From: Alphaproteobacteria bacterium
Lineage (GTDB): Bacteria > Pseudomonadota > Alphaproteobacteria > JAAXGF01
Length of the DNA stretch: 64,000 nucleotides
Assembly (NCBI GenBank): GCA_963555825.3
Contig: CAUVXB020000002.1
Coordinates: forward strand, 2,848,001 to 2,912,000
Reading direction: 5' to 3'
Under the pieces are notes generated by a model that was not told where the DNA came from, searched no databases, and worked only from the letters and a program-made list of their open reading frames with translations. Position numbers and translations under genes: made by a program. Shown piece by piece: positions 1 through 10,260 of this stretch (positions within the stretch are counted from its first letter, which is position 1; every line of letters begins with the position of its first letter).

Positions 1-619
1 GCGACCCGCCGTAGGCGTCGGTCCGTTTGTTGGCGTAGGGCGACATGAAGGACGCGATCAGCAGGCCGAAGGCGCCGAGAATCTCGACACCGTCGAGGCC
101 GCCCTGGCGCGCCCGCGCCGCCGCCGCGCCGAAGGCCCGCACGACCTCGTCGATCTCGGCGGTGGTCATCGCGTGCGGCGTCTCGCGCACCAGTTCCGAG
201 CCGACGTCCGACGGCGACCACAGCGGCTGGCCGGCTTCCGCCGCATGGATCGCCGCGCCGTAATGGGCGAGCTGGGCGAGGATGCGGCCGCCCTCGCCGT
301 GCACCGCCTCGGCGAGGTCCTGGTAGCCGGGGATGACGCTGTCGTCGGTGTTGTCGAGCGCGTCGGCCGCGCCCAGGTCGCTGGATCGGTGGACCGGTGT
401 CGCGCCGGTGATCTGCAGGCCGGCGCCGCCGCGCGCGCGGGCGCGATGGTAGGCGACGTAGCGCGCGCCCGGCGCGCCGTCGTCGGCCAGCCGCGGAACA
501 TGGGCGGTGATCAGCACGCGGTTGCGTATGAGATGCGGCCCGACTTGGAGGGGCGAGAAGAGATGCGGCAGTTGCGACTCTCCCGCCATTCCGTCGGCCG
601 CTTGCGGCGCTGGCGCCAT
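1..619 (-). CDS. NADH:flavin oxidoreductase (Old Yellow Enzyme family), N-terminal part; runs off the window start
   Basis: Manual translation gives LFSPLQVGPHLIRNRVLITAH...YHRARARGGAGL...FMSPYANKRTDAYGGS; GGGAGG RBS before the ATG at 619. Confidence 0.85.
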   Translation of the reverse strand, partial: MAPAPQAADGMAGESQLPHLFSPLQVGPHLIRNRVLITAHVPRLADDGAPGARYVAYHRARARGGAGLQITGATPVHRSSDLGAADALDNTDDSVIPGYQDLAEAVHGEGGRILAQLAHYGAAIHAAEAGQPLWSPSDVGSELVRETPHAMTTAEIDEVVRAFGAAAARARQGGLDGVEILGAFGLLIASFMSPYANKRTDAYGGS

Positions 620-797
620 CGTCGCCTCCCCGTGGCGGTTCGAACCTTCTTCTGTGTACGGCGTCCGCAATTCCATGAAAAGGCCGATCTGGCCGCCGCG
701 TCGTCGCGGACTCGCGTAGCCTTGCCAGAGGTGCTACCAATTTCGCCGATATTCTGGCGCATCGCGTGCAACCCTGATACCGCCGAGGAGACACCCC

Positions 798-1610
798 ATG
801 CCCGAGACCATCGAGTACGCGGCGAAGGACAAGATCGCCCGCATCACGCTCGACCGGCCCAAGCAGTTGAACGCACTCAGCTTCAAGCTGATGGACGAGC
901 TGGGCGAGGCGCTGCGCGAGGCGGACGCCGACGATGGCGTGCACGTCGTCGTGCTCGGCCACAACGGCCCGCATTTCGGCGCCGGCTACGACCTCAAGGA
1001 GGACTGGTCGGCCAAGTACAAGGGCGCCGAGGGCGTGCTGGGCGCGCGCAACATGCTGCGCGCCTGCGTCGACTTCGAGTACCTGCCCTGGGACTGCTCG
1101 AAACCGGTCATCGCCATGGTGCGCGGCTATTGCCTGGCCGGCAGCTGCGAACTGGCGATGATGTGCTGCGTCACCTTCGCTTCCGAAACGGCCACCTTCG
1201 GCGAGCCGGAAATCCGCTTCTCGACCTCGCCGCCGGTGCTCGTCATGCCCTGGATCGTCGGCCTCAAGAAGGCGCGCGAGCTCTTGTACACCGGCGATTA
1301 CATCGACGCCCACGAGGCCGAGCGGATCGGCATGGTGAACCGCGTTTTCGCCGACGACAAACTCGAGGAAGAGACCATGCGCTACGCCAGGCGCTGCGCG
1401 GCGATCTCGGTCGAGGGGCTCCAGACGACCAAGGCGTCGATCAACCGCGGCGCCGAGATCGCCGGCTTCCGCCAGGCCATCGAGTACGGTCTCGAACTCG
1501 GCGCCATGCTCGACGCGACGCCGACCGAGACCTACCGCAAGTTCAAGGAGGTCACCGAGCGCGACGGCCTCACCGCGGCGATCCGCTGGCGCGAGAGCCA
1601 GTTCGAATAG
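798..1610 (+). CDS. Enoyl-CoA hydratase/isomerase family protein
   Basis: ITLDRPKQLNALS, FGAGYDL, KPVIAMVRGYCLAG, FGEPEI; GAGGAG RBS. Confidence 0.9.
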   Translation: MPETIEYAAKDKIARITLDRPKQLNALSFKLMDELGEALREADADDGVHVVVLGHNGPHFGAGYDLKEDWSAKYKGAEGVLGARNMLRACVDFEYLPWDCSKPVIAMVRGYCLAGSCELAMMCCVTFASETATFGEPEIRFSTSPPVLVMPWIVGLKKARELLYTGDYIDAHEAERIGMVNRVFADDKLEEETMRYARRCAAISVEGLQTTKASINRGAEIAGFRQAIEYGLELGAMLDATPTETYRKFKEVTERDGLTAAIRWRESQFE

Positions 1611-1801
1611 GCGCTGCCGCATAAACGTATGCCGCGAGAGTCAGTTCGAATAGGCGCCGCCCTAAAACGTAAGCAGTATACATTTTAAACGGATTTGCCC
1701 GTCCATTAAAAGTAAGCAGTATATATTTATTCGAGACCCGCCGTTGATCGCGCCGTGTCTCGAGCCGCCCATAAATATATACTGCTTACGTTTAAGGCGG
1801 C
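1590..1801. repeat. About 43-bp tandem duplication of the gene 3' end followed by an AT-rich inverted-repeat element
   Basis: cgcgagag(c/t)cagttcgaataggcgc at 1590 and 1633; GTAAGCAGTATA(C/T)ATTT motif at ~1669 and ~1712 and inverted at 1771-1801. Confidence 0.8.
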
Positions 1802-1837
1802 GTGCGGGTGTCGTGCGTAATTGTATGCTGGTTAGGT

Positions 1838-2965
1838 TTAAAGTCGGGGTGGGCGCGTGCGCTCGTCGGTCAGCGCCTGGCGCACCCAGCCGGCGATGGC
1901 GTCGACCGCGTGCTCGCTGTCGACGCCGCCGGCCGGATCGATGACCAGCGGGCCCGCCGTGTAGCCGCGGCTCGCCAGGCCGCGTTGCACCGAGGAGACC
2001 AGCGCGACGTCCTCGGCGACCGTCGTCGCGAGGTCCTGCTCGGCGAGCGCCTCGACGATTTCCGAAGGCGCGCCGTCGAGCGTGTACCAGCCGCGCCAGA
2101 CCGTCGTCCCGGTCGGTCCCGTCGGGCGCCAGAGATAGCTGTTCAGCACGCCGCCCGGGTAGACCTGGAACGAGAACGACGGCCACAGGAACCAAGAACC
2201 GTAGTCGGCGGCATGCGGGTTGGCGCCGTCGTCGATGTCGTACGCCATGTCGTCGGCCCGAGCCGCACGCGCGCTGTGGTGGAGGCAGTGGCCCTCGACC
2301 TCGACTTTGTACACCTTGGGGTCGATGACGCCACGCGCGAAGGTCGGGTGGGCGATGGCGCAGTGATAGCACTCCGAGTAGTTCTCGACCGTGACCTTCC
2401 AGTTGCAAGGCTCCTCGATGGCGATCTCGCTGACCGGCTTCATGCGCCCGATGTCGGGCAGGAAGGCGCCGAGCGCCTCGGCCGCGCCCGGGTACCACGC
2501 GGCCATCGGCGCGGCGTCTGCATCGAGGTTGACGAAGACGAAGCCGTGAAACAGCTCGAGCCTGACCTCGGCAAGGCAAATCTGAGCGATGTCGAAGCCG
2601 ACCACCTTGCCGGTATTGCGCGCGTGGCGCAGCCGGCCGTCGGTCGCGTAGGTCCAGGCGTGATAGGGGCAGCAGATGACGGGCGCGTTGCCGCTGCCGG
2701 TCAGCAGCTCGTGGGCACGGTGGCGGCAGACGTTGTAGAAAGCGCGCAGATTGCCGTCGTCCGAGCGGATCGCGAAGAGGCCCTGGTCGGCGATTCTGAA
2801 CGCGACGTAATCGCCCGGCTTGGCGAGCGCAGTCTCGTGGCAGGCGTACTGCCAAGTGCGAAAGAAGATGCGCTCCATCTCGCGCACGTGGATCTCGGGG
2901 TCGCGGTAGTAGCGCGGGTCGAGCGCGCGCCCCGGCGTGGCGGTCGCGTCGGGCGTTTGGGTCAT
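1838..2965 (-). CDS. Rieske non-heme iron oxygenase alpha subunit (CntA/GbcA/choline monooxygenase-like)
   Basis: NVCRHR...CPYHAW Rieske motif and NWKVTVENYSECYHCAIAH; ATG at 2965 overlaps the upstream TGA (ATGA); the track's 811-aa ORF is over-extended. Confidence 0.9.
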   Translation of the reverse strand: MTQTPDATATPGRALDPRYYRDPEIHVREMERIFFRTWQYACHETALAKPGDYVAFRIADQGLFAIRSDDGNLRAFYNVCRHRAHELLTGSGNAPVICCPYHAWTYATDGRLRHARNTGKVVGFDIAQICLAEVRLELFHGFVFVNLDADAAPMAAWYPGAAEALGAFLPDIGRMKPVSEIAIEEPCNWKVTVENYSECYHCAIAHPTFARGVIDPKVYKVEVEGHCLHHSARAARADDMAYDIDDGANPHAADYGSWFLWPSFSFQVYPGGVLNSYLWRPTGPTGTTVWRGWYTLDGAPSEIVEALAEQDLATTVAEDVALVSSVQRGLASRGYTAGPLVIDPAGGVDSEHAVDAIAGWVRQALTDERTRPPRL

Positions 2966-4158
2966 GGCCCAGGCTCCTCGAGGATCGATCGTACGACGAG
3001 CCGGGCGAAGTGGCGCACCGGCTCCTCCCACGCGGGCGAGTAGCGCCCGCCATCGTAACCCGGTGAGCGGCGGCCCGCCTGCAGATCTTCGAGCAGGCCG
3101 ATGTCTTCGGCGTTGAGCGCCCGCCACATCTCGAACACTTCGGCGCGGGCGTCGGCGTAGGCGGGTTCCGTGGCCGCCTCGCCCATCAGATAGACGTGGA
3201 TTTCCTCGCGCGTCTTGTCGGGCGCCTCGGGGATGACGCGGAACAGGGTGAACTGGTCGGGCCAGATCTCGATGCCGAGGTTGGGGAACAGCAGGAACCA
3301 CGCGCCGCGGTCCCGCTTGTCGTCGGCGAGGCCCGGGTAATGCGGCAGACCCGTGCCGCGTCCCGCCTCGGGCGCCAGGAAGCGGTATTCGTTGAAGAAG
3401 CAGCCGCCCTCGTGTCCGCCGGCGCTGCGCTTCTTCATCGGCGCGAAACGCGCGAGTTCCGGGTGCGCGGCGAAGACGTGATAGGTCTCGATGAAGTTCT
3501 CGCAGGCGAACTTCCAATTGGCGGCGACGTCGAAGGCGAGGCTGCCGGCGTGGCCGAGCGTCGAGAGATCGTAGCCGTCGAGCCGCGCGGTCACCGGCGC
3601 GAGATGGTCGTCGAGCGGCGCCGCCCGGCCCGAAAGGTCGACGAAGATCATATCGAGCCAGCAAGCCGTGCGGACCGGTGCGAGCGCGATGTCGGGCGTC
3701 GCCGGCAGGTCCTGTTCGGCGGCCTCCTTGCCGGCGAAATAGGGCCTGGCGACGAGCCGCCCGTCGAGGTCGTAGGTCCAGGCGTGGTAGGGGCAGACGA
3801 TGTCGCGTCGCCCTGCGCAGGGTTCCGAGACCAGCCGGGTGCCGCGGTGGCGGCAGACGTTGTGAAAGCCGCGTACCCCGCCGTCGGCACCGCGCACTAG
3901 AATGACCGGCGCGCCGGCGACGGTGACCGGGACGATATCGCCGCGCTCGGGAATTTCGTGCGCGAAGCCGGCCAGCAGCCAGGTTCGCGCGAACAACCGG
4001 GCCTGCTCGAGCGCGAAGAACGCCTCGCTCGTGAAGGCGGCATTGGGCATGCCGGCGGCCTCGCCGAGCGGCGCATCGAGCCGCGCCAGCGCCTCGGCGC
4101 CGATGAGCCGCGTGAGCGCGTCGTTTGCCGCCTCGGCCGACATGCCTGACGTCGGCAT
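2962..4158 (-). CDS. Rieske non-heme iron oxygenase alpha subunit (choline monooxygenase-like)
   Basis: NVCRHRG...CPYHAW and NWKFACENFIETYHVFAAH; start could be 4143, 4158 or 4173. Confidence 0.9.
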   Translation of the reverse strand: MPTSGMSAEAANDALTRLIGAEALARLDAPLGEAAGMPNAAFTSEAFFALEQARLFARTWLLAGFAHEIPERGDIVPVTVAGAPVILVRGADGGVRGFHNVCRHRGTRLVSEPCAGRRDIVCPYHAWTYDLDGRLVARPYFAGKEAAEQDLPATPDIALAPVRTACWLDMIFVDLSGRAAPLDDHLAPVTARLDGYDLSTLGHAGSLAFDVAANWKFACENFIETYHVFAAHPELARFAPMKKRSAGGHEGGCFFNEYRFLAPEAGRGTGLPHYPGLADDKRDRGAWFLLFPNLGIEIWPDQFTLFRVIPEAPDKTREEIHVYLMGEAATEPAYADARAEVFEMWRALNAEDIGLLEDLQAGRRSPGYDGGRYSPAWEEPVRHFARLVVRSILEEPGP

Positions 4159-4199
4159 CGCCGTCCTCCCCAACGTGTGGCGATAAGCCTCTTACCAAG

Positions 4200-4262
4200 A
4201 TTGACGCAGAAATAAAAAAATTACAATATTTTTTCAATAATATGAAATTTTTAGTATAATAC
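4200..4262. promoter_or_regulatory. AT-rich divergent promoter region with a TTTCA-N6-TGAAA palindrome (4232-4247), candidate operator for the XRE-cupin regulator
   Basis: TTGACG at 4201 and TATAAT at 4255 between divergent genes; palindrome read directly; regulator assignment is inference. Confidence 0.55.
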
Positions 4263-4311
4263 ATCACTTTCATCGACCGACGACGATCCGGGTTTCAATC
4301 GGAGAGATACC

Positions 4312-6270
4312 GTGCCGGCCTTTCCCACGCTGTTCAGCCCGATCACCATCGGCGCAGTCACGCTGAAGAACCGCATCTTTTCGCCGTCCCACGGCACCTC
4401 GCTCAGTCGCGGCGGTCTGGTCGGCGACGAACTGGTCGCCTACCACGAGGCGCGCGCGGCGGGCGGCGCCGGGCTGATCGTGCTCGAGGGCGTGGGCTTC
4501 GATACGACCTTCGGCTACCCCGAGCTCTACCTCTACGCCGGCACCGATGCCTGCATCCCGGGCTTCCGCCGCCTGGCCGACGCGTGCCACGCGCACGGCT
4601 GCAAGGTCTTCGGCCAGTTGTTCCACGCCGGGCGCGCGGTGCGCGCCAGCCACGACGGCAGCCGACCGGTGACGTACTCGGCCTCGGACACGCCCGACGA
4701 GCGCTATCGCGTGGTGCCCGTGCCGATGAGCCAGCGGGTCATCGACGGGGTCGTCGCGGCCTATGGCGACGCCGCGCGGCGCTTCGAGAAGGCCGGCCTC
4801 GATGGCGTCGAGATCCTCGCCAGCATGGGCTATTTGATCGCGCAGTTCCTCAACCCGCGCACCAACACGCGCGACGACGCTTACGGCGGCTCGCTCGACA
4901 ACCGGCTGCGGTTCCTGCGCGAGGTGCTCGCCGGCATCCGCGCCAAGACCGGCCCGGCGATGGCGCTCGGCATCCGCGTCTCGGGCGACGAGATGACCGA
5001 GGGCGGCCTGACCGCCGACGAGGTGATCGAGATCTGCCAGGCGATCGACGCCGACGGCATGGTCGATTACTTCAGCGTCATCGCCGGTTCGTCGGCCTCG
5101 CCGGGCGGCTGGATCCACGTCTTCCCGCCGATGGCGATCGGCCAGGCCTATGTCGCGCCCTATGCCGCGGCGATCAAGGCCAAGGTCGCCAAGCCGGTGT
5201 TCGTCGCCGGGCGCATCAACCAGCCGCAGATCGCCGAGCGGGTCATCGCGACCGGTCAGGCGGATATGTGCGGCATGGCGCGGGCGATGATCTGCGACCC
5301 CGAATTCGCCGCCAAGGCCGAGGCCGGCCGCGCCGACGACATCCGCGCCTGCATCGGCTGCAACCAGGCCTGCGTCGGCCACCGCCTGGCGCATCACGGT
5401 GTCTCGTGCATCCAGCACCCCGAGACCGGGCGCGAGCTCGTCTATGGAACGCTCGAGCCGGCCGCGAGTCAGCGCGCGGTCATGGTCGTCGGCGGTGGGC
5501 CGGGCGGCATGAAGGCGGCCTCGGTCGCGGCGCGGCGCGGCCACCGGGTGACGCTTTACGAGCGCGGCGCGCAGCTCGGCGGCCAGACGCTGCTGGCCCA
5601 GATGCTGCCTGGACGCGCCGAGTTCGGCGGCATCGTCACCAATCTCGCGCGCGAGATGGAATTGGCCGGCGTTACCGTCGTCAAGGGCCAGGAAGTCACC
5701 ACCGAGGTGGTCCGCGAGGCGGCGCCAGACGCACTGGTGCTGGCGACCGGCGCGCTGCCACGCCCGGTGGCCGTCGAGGGCGGCGAGGCGGCCCATGTCG
5801 TCGACGCCTGGCCGGTCATTCGCGGCGAGGCCAACGTCGGCAACTCGGTCGTCGTCGCCGACTGGCGCTGCGACTGGGTCGGCCTCGGCGTCGCCGAGAA
5901 GCTGGCGCGCGACGGCTGCCGGGTGCGCCTGATGTCGGGCGGCATCGTCGCCGGCGAGGCGATCCAGGGCGTCGTGCGCGACCAGTGGATCGGCGAGCTG
6001 CACACCCTCGGCGTCGAGATGGTGCCCTATGTCCGGCTGTTCGGCGCCGACGCCGACACGGCCTATTTCCAGCACGTGACGAGCGGCGAGCCGGTCGTCT
6101 GCGAGGACGTCGACACGCTGGTCACCTGCCACGCGCTGCGCGCCGAGACGGCGCTCGCCGATCATCTCGATCGCTTCGACGGGCCGGTGCATGTGATCGG
6201 CGACGCGCTTAGCCCGCGCACCGCCGAGGAGGCCGTGCTCGAAGGTCTCGAGGCGGGCTGCGCGGTGTGA
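4312..6270 (+). CDS. FMN/FAD/[4Fe-4S] NADH:flavin oxidoreductase (StcD/DgcA-like N-demethylase family)
   Basis: OYE barrel, CIGCNQAC cluster motif, VVGGGPGG FAD site. Confidence 0.85.
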   Translation: MPAFPTLFSPITIGAVTLKNRIFSPSHGTSLSRGGLVGDELVAYHEARAAGGAGLIVLEGVGFDTTFGYPELYLYAGTDACIPGFRRLADACHAHGCKVFGQLFHAGRAVRASHDGSRPVTYSASDTPDERYRVVPVPMSQRVIDGVVAAYGDAARRFEKAGLDGVEILASMGYLIAQFLNPRTNTRDDAYGGSLDNRLRFLREVLAGIRAKTGPAMALGIRVSGDEMTEGGLTADEVIEICQAIDADGMVDYFSVIAGSSASPGGWIHVFPPMAIGQAYVAPYAAAIKAKVAKPVFVAGRINQPQIAERVIATGQADMCGMARAMICDPEFAAKAEAGRADDIRACIGCNQACVGHRLAHHGVSCIQHPETGRELVYGTLEPAASQRAVMVVGGGPGGMKAASVAARRGHRVTLYERGAQLGGQTLLAQMLPGRAEFGGIVTNLAREMELAGVTVVKGQEVTTEVVREAAPDALVLATGALPRPVAVEGGEAAHVVDAWPVIRGEANVGNSVVVADWRCDWVGLGVAEKLARDGCRVRLMSGGIVAGEAIQGVVRDQWIGELHTLGVEMVPYVRLFGADADTAYFQHVTSGEPVVCEDVDTLVTCHALRAETALADHLDRFDGPVHVIGDALSPRTAEEAVLEGLEAGCAV

Positions 6271-6292
6271 TGAACCGGAAAGGGACGAGGCG

Positions 6293-6901
6293 ATGACGGC
6301 ACGCGCGAACTCGACGATCGAGACGCTCGGCGATGAAATTCGTCAGTTGCGCAGGGCGCGCGGCATGACGCTGCAGCAACTCGCCGAGGCGACCGGCAAA
6401 TCGGTCGGTTTCCTGAGCCAGACAGAGCGCAATATCACCAAGCCCTCGGTCGGCGCGCTGCAGGACATCGGCGAGGCGCTCGGCGTCCACATCGGCTGGT
6501 TCTTCCAGGCCGACGCCGGCGCCGGCGACGCCGAACGGCGCTATGTCGTGCGCGCCGCCGGCCGGCGCCGGCTGTCCTACGCGTCGTTCAGCTCGACCGA
6601 CTACCTGAGGCTCCACGATTCGCTGCTGTCGGCCAACCTCAACGGCGATCTGGTGCTCGGATTGTCGCGCTACGCCCCGGGCGCCTCGAGCGGCGACGAC
6701 GCCTATACCCACAAGGGCGAGGAGGCCGGCCTGGTGCTCGCCGGCACGCTGGCGCTCTCGATCGGCGCCGAGCATTACACGCTGGCCGAGGGCGACAGCT
6801 TCTCGTTCCCGAGCCACCTGCCGCACCGCTACGCCAACCCCTCGGCCGACACCGAGACGGTGGTCGTCTGGGCCAACACCCCGATCACGCTCAGGCCGTA
6901 G
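6293..6901 (+). CDS. XRE-family HTH regulator with C-terminal cupin domain
   Basis: IRQLRRARGMTLQQLA...LSQTER; HKGEEAGLVLAG...GDSFSFPSHLPHRY. Confidence 0.9.
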   Translation: MTARANSTIETLGDEIRQLRRARGMTLQQLAEATGKSVGFLSQTERNITKPSVGALQDIGEALGVHIGWFFQADAGAGDAERRYVVRAAGRRRLSYASFSSTDYLRLHDSLLSANLNGDLVLGLSRYAPGASSGDDAYTHKGEEAGLVLAGTLALSIGAEHYTLAEGDSFSFPSHLPHRYANPSADTETVVVWANTPITLRP

Positions 6902-7008
6902 GGGGCTGGGATGGGCCGCCGCCCGAATGTTGTTGAACCGGCCGGCCGGCTTCGCTAAGCCGGCTGGAGGCGGCGTACGCCGATGACCGCCCCCACAGGG
7001 AGACGACG

Positions 7009-8364
7009 ATGACCGCGACGACGCCGCACGGCCGGCCCGAGCCGAAGATCGACCCAGCGCGCCGGCCGGCCGCCAACCGCAGGCCCGCCGGTCTCAGGCC
7101 CGACGGCTCGCCCGACGACAACGACCGCGTCGAGATCGGCCCGACCGATACCGCCTTCGCGGAATGGGCGGCGCTCGGCCTCGAGGCGCCCAATCTGGAG
7201 CGCATGCGGGCGCGGCGCCTCGCCCGCGTTTGCGACCAGCTTCAGGCGCGCGACTACGCCGGTGCGCTGCTGTTCGATCCGCTCAACATCCGCTATGCGA
7301 CGGATGCGACCAACATGCAGCTTTGGATCGTGCACAACCCGGCGCGCGCCGCCTTCGTCTCGGCCGACGGCTACGTCGTCTTGTGGGAGTTCCACAACGG
7401 CGCGCATCTGTCGGCGCATCTGCCGCTGGTCCGCGAGCTGCGCCAAGGGGCCGGCCACTTCTATATGCTGGCGGGCGACGCCGAAGAACGCCTAGCCGGC
7501 AAGTTCGCCGATCAGGTCGTCGACGTGCTCGGCCAGCATGGCGGCGACAACCGCCGGCTCGCGATCGACCGCATGGAGACCGCCGGCATCGTATCGCTGC
7601 AGCAGCGCGGCATCGAGATCACCAGCGGCCAGCAGGTCATGGAGCACGCCCGCCTGATCAAGAGCGCCGACGAGATCAACGCGATGCGCTGCGCCATGGC
7701 GAGCTGCGAGATCGCCGTCGAGGCGATGCGCCGCGAGATCCGTCCGGGCATCGCCGAGGTCGAACTGTGGGCGGTGCTGCACGCCGAGAACATCAAGCGC
7801 GGCGGCGAGTGGATCGAGACCCGGATTCTCTCGTCCGGGCCACGGACCAATCCGTGGATGCAGGAAGCCGGCCCGCGCCGCATTGCCGACGGCGACTTGG
7901 TCGCGCTCGATACCGACCTGATCGGCCCCTACGGCATGTGCGCCGACATCTCGCGTACCTGGTACTGCGGCGACGGCGCGCCCGATGACGAGCAACGCCG
8001 CCTGCACGGCATCGCTTATGAGCACATCACGGCCAACGAGGCGATCCTGAAGCCCGGCGTTAGCTTCCCCGAGCTCACCGATCTGGGCCATCGCCTGCCC
8101 GAGGAATTCCGCGCGCAGCGCTACGGCGTCAAGTACCACGGCGTCGGCCTGTGCGACGAGTTCCCGTGCATCTACTACCCGGAGGACGTCATCGCGGGCG
8201 CCTTCGACTACGTGCTCGAGCCCGGCATGGTGCTCTGCGTCGAGGCCTATATCGGCGCCGTCGGCGGCCGCAACGGCGTCAAGCTCGAGAACCAAGTGCT
8301 GATCACCGAGACGGGGTCCGAGAACCTGACCCGATGCCCGTTCGACGACCGCTTGCTGGGCTAA
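7009..8364 (+). CDS. dddP: DMSP lyase DddP (M24 fold)
   Basis: DddP-type N-terminus (NDRVEIGPT..AFAEW), DPLNIRYATD.TNMQLW, GGEWIETR, DTDLIG...DISRTW, HGVGLCDE, LCVE, KLE. Confidence 0.85.
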   Translation: MTATTPHGRPEPKIDPARRPAANRRPAGLRPDGSPDDNDRVEIGPTDTAFAEWAALGLEAPNLERMRARRLARVCDQLQARDYAGALLFDPLNIRYATDATNMQLWIVHNPARAAFVSADGYVVLWEFHNGAHLSAHLPLVRELRQGAGHFYMLAGDAEERLAGKFADQVVDVLGQHGGDNRRLAIDRMETAGIVSLQQRGIEITSGQQVMEHARLIKSADEINAMRCAMASCEIAVEAMRREIRPGIAEVELWAVLHAENIKRGGEWIETRILSSGPRTNPWMQEAGPRRIADGDLVALDTDLIGPYGMCADISRTWYCGDGAPDDEQRRLHGIAYEHITANEAILKPGVSFPELTDLGHRLPEEFRAQRYGVKYHGVGLCDEFPCIYYPEDVIAGAFDYVLEPGMVLCVEAYIGAVGGRNGVKLENQVLITETGSENLTRCPFDDRLLG

Positions 8365-8558
8365 AGTATAATAGGATCGATTGGCATCGGTCGGACTATG
8401 CCAGCCCGCGCCCTTCTAACTGGGACAAGAGGGGGGCCGCCGACCGATCGGCCAGCTTTGATTCCATAAGCCGGCTTTGATTTCACAAGACTGGCAAGCG
8501 CGGCGATCGAGTGCAGATCATCTTTGACTCGCGTAAAGATGACCGGACAATGGTCTAG
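8361..8558 (-). repeat. Modular hairpin repeat family, copy 1 (reverse orientation, 2 internal units)
   Basis: Reverse complement aligns to the copies at 34833 and 37964; overlaps the dddP stop codon. Confidence 0.85.
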
Positions 8559-8719
8559 AAGGCCGCCGAAAAACTCCCGAAGACGCCCTTTTGAGCCGAA
8601 ACTGTGGAAATTTGCAAAATCGGCGAATTTGTAAACCCGCGATTTTACTGGCAACGAAACACTACGGATTTCCATAGAGTCACGATTTCGAACCCTCGAA
8701 ATAGTTCTTCGGCAGCCTG
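8559..8719. mobile_element. About 160-bp MITE with ~17-bp terminal inverted repeats, flanked by CTAG
   Basis: ctag-aaggccgccgaaaaact ... agttcttcggcagcctg-ctag; no ORF. Confidence 0.7.
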
Positions 8720-10260
8720 CTAGAGCCGATCCACAAACCTCAACGCCAGGGCGGTCAATGTCAGAGTGGGGTTGACGGCCGCAACATTGGGGAACACGGC
8801 GTTGGAGCATATATACAGGTTGTCGGAACCGTGAACGCGCAAGCCATCGTCGACAACACCATCGACATCCGAATTGCTCATACGACAGGTCGCGACAAGA
8901 TGATCGGCACGCGGTGGAAATACTTTGGACTTCACATCCGTGCAACCGAGCGCCGTCAATACCTTCTCAAGCCGTTCGCGGTTGCGTTTGATGGAGTCCT
9001 GGGTCACCTGGTGCTTGTAATAATTGATTTTCGTCCGTGGCAGGCCGAACCGGGTTCACCATTGGTGGGCTGTACGCTGTTGCCGTCGGCGGCAAACTGT
9101 TCAACGAAACCCCGCAACTTAAACACCATTTTCCCGACAACGGCCTCCTCGATCTCGTCCAGCTTTTCGCCCGACCGCATGTTGCGTTCCAGGCGAATTT
9201 TCGGTCCTCCGTGACTTCTGATGAAGAAGAACTTCCCTTGGGGCTGTTCCGCCGGTGTGTCGAACTCGCGCGAACACAATGTCGGGAAACCGATTCCCTG
9301 TTGAACCCGCCTTGAATTCGACCCGAGAATTCCCGAGGCGGACACGAGTGGGTGGGTAACGAGGTGCTGGCCGACGTGGCCGCTGCCGTTACCCAAGCCG
9401 TTCGGTGCGTATGCGCGGTCCGCCGAAGCAAGCAGCAACTTGGGTGTCTCTATGGCGCCAAGGCAGAGAATGACGGCATCCGCTTCCACGAATTCGAACT
9501 CTCGTGTCGCCAAATCCAAATACTCGACACCCACAGCCTCACTTCTGTTTCGCATTAGAACCCGGCGGACCGCACTGTTGAGCCGAAGCTCGAACCTGCC
9601 CGGGTAATCACCATTCGTCAGGTCATCGATAGTACGGTCGGTCGTGTACCGACCACCGACCGGGCAGTATTTGCATGTGCCCGTTGTCAAACAGCTGTCA
9701 CCGCTCCGGGCGATAGGTAGATTCGCGTGGCTATAATCGAGCCCATCAAGAGCATCGATGACGATCCCGTCCGCTTGAGTAAACGGCACGGCCTCGAAGG
9801 GATATCGATCGCTGCCTCGGGGCGGGTCATGATCATCCGAATTTCCCGCGACGCCGAGGAAATGCTCGGCCTGATCGTAATAACGCCGTAGCTCGTCATA
9901 ACCGAATGGCCAATCCAACCCGGTCCTAGCCGCCGTTTTCAAAGCGAAGTCCTCCGGTTTGAAGCGGAGGCACCACCCACCCCAGTGAATCGTCGAGCCG
10001 CCCCGCCCGAACAGGCGAGATTCCTTGAGGTTCATTATCACCGGGCCGGACACATACTCTGAGTCAATGTCCTCGCCGTCTTGATAAGGGCGACGATCAG
10101 TCGCGACGAAGTCCAGCCACCGGCGGCGATCGCCCATTACGATGTCCGGACCGGCCTCAAGCATGAGAACCTCTCCGGCCTTGTCGGCTCCCAGCAACCT
10201 TTCGGCGATCGCGGCGCCGGCCACGCCCGAGCCGACGACGATGACCCGGTTCCATCTCAT
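8720..10260 (-). CDS. GMC-family oxidoreductase flavoprotein, one frameshift near 9055
   Basis: VVGSGVAG, GGSTIHWGG, CxxxxxCxxCP, DHLVATCRM, NPTLTLTALA; the shifted frame TRFGLPRTKINY joins the two track ORFs. Confidence 0.85.

Noticed and set aside
1838-4273. 811-aa ORF as a single fused Rieske protein
   Set aside because: The N-terminal half is an off-frame shadow of the 2962-4158 gene; the real start is 2965
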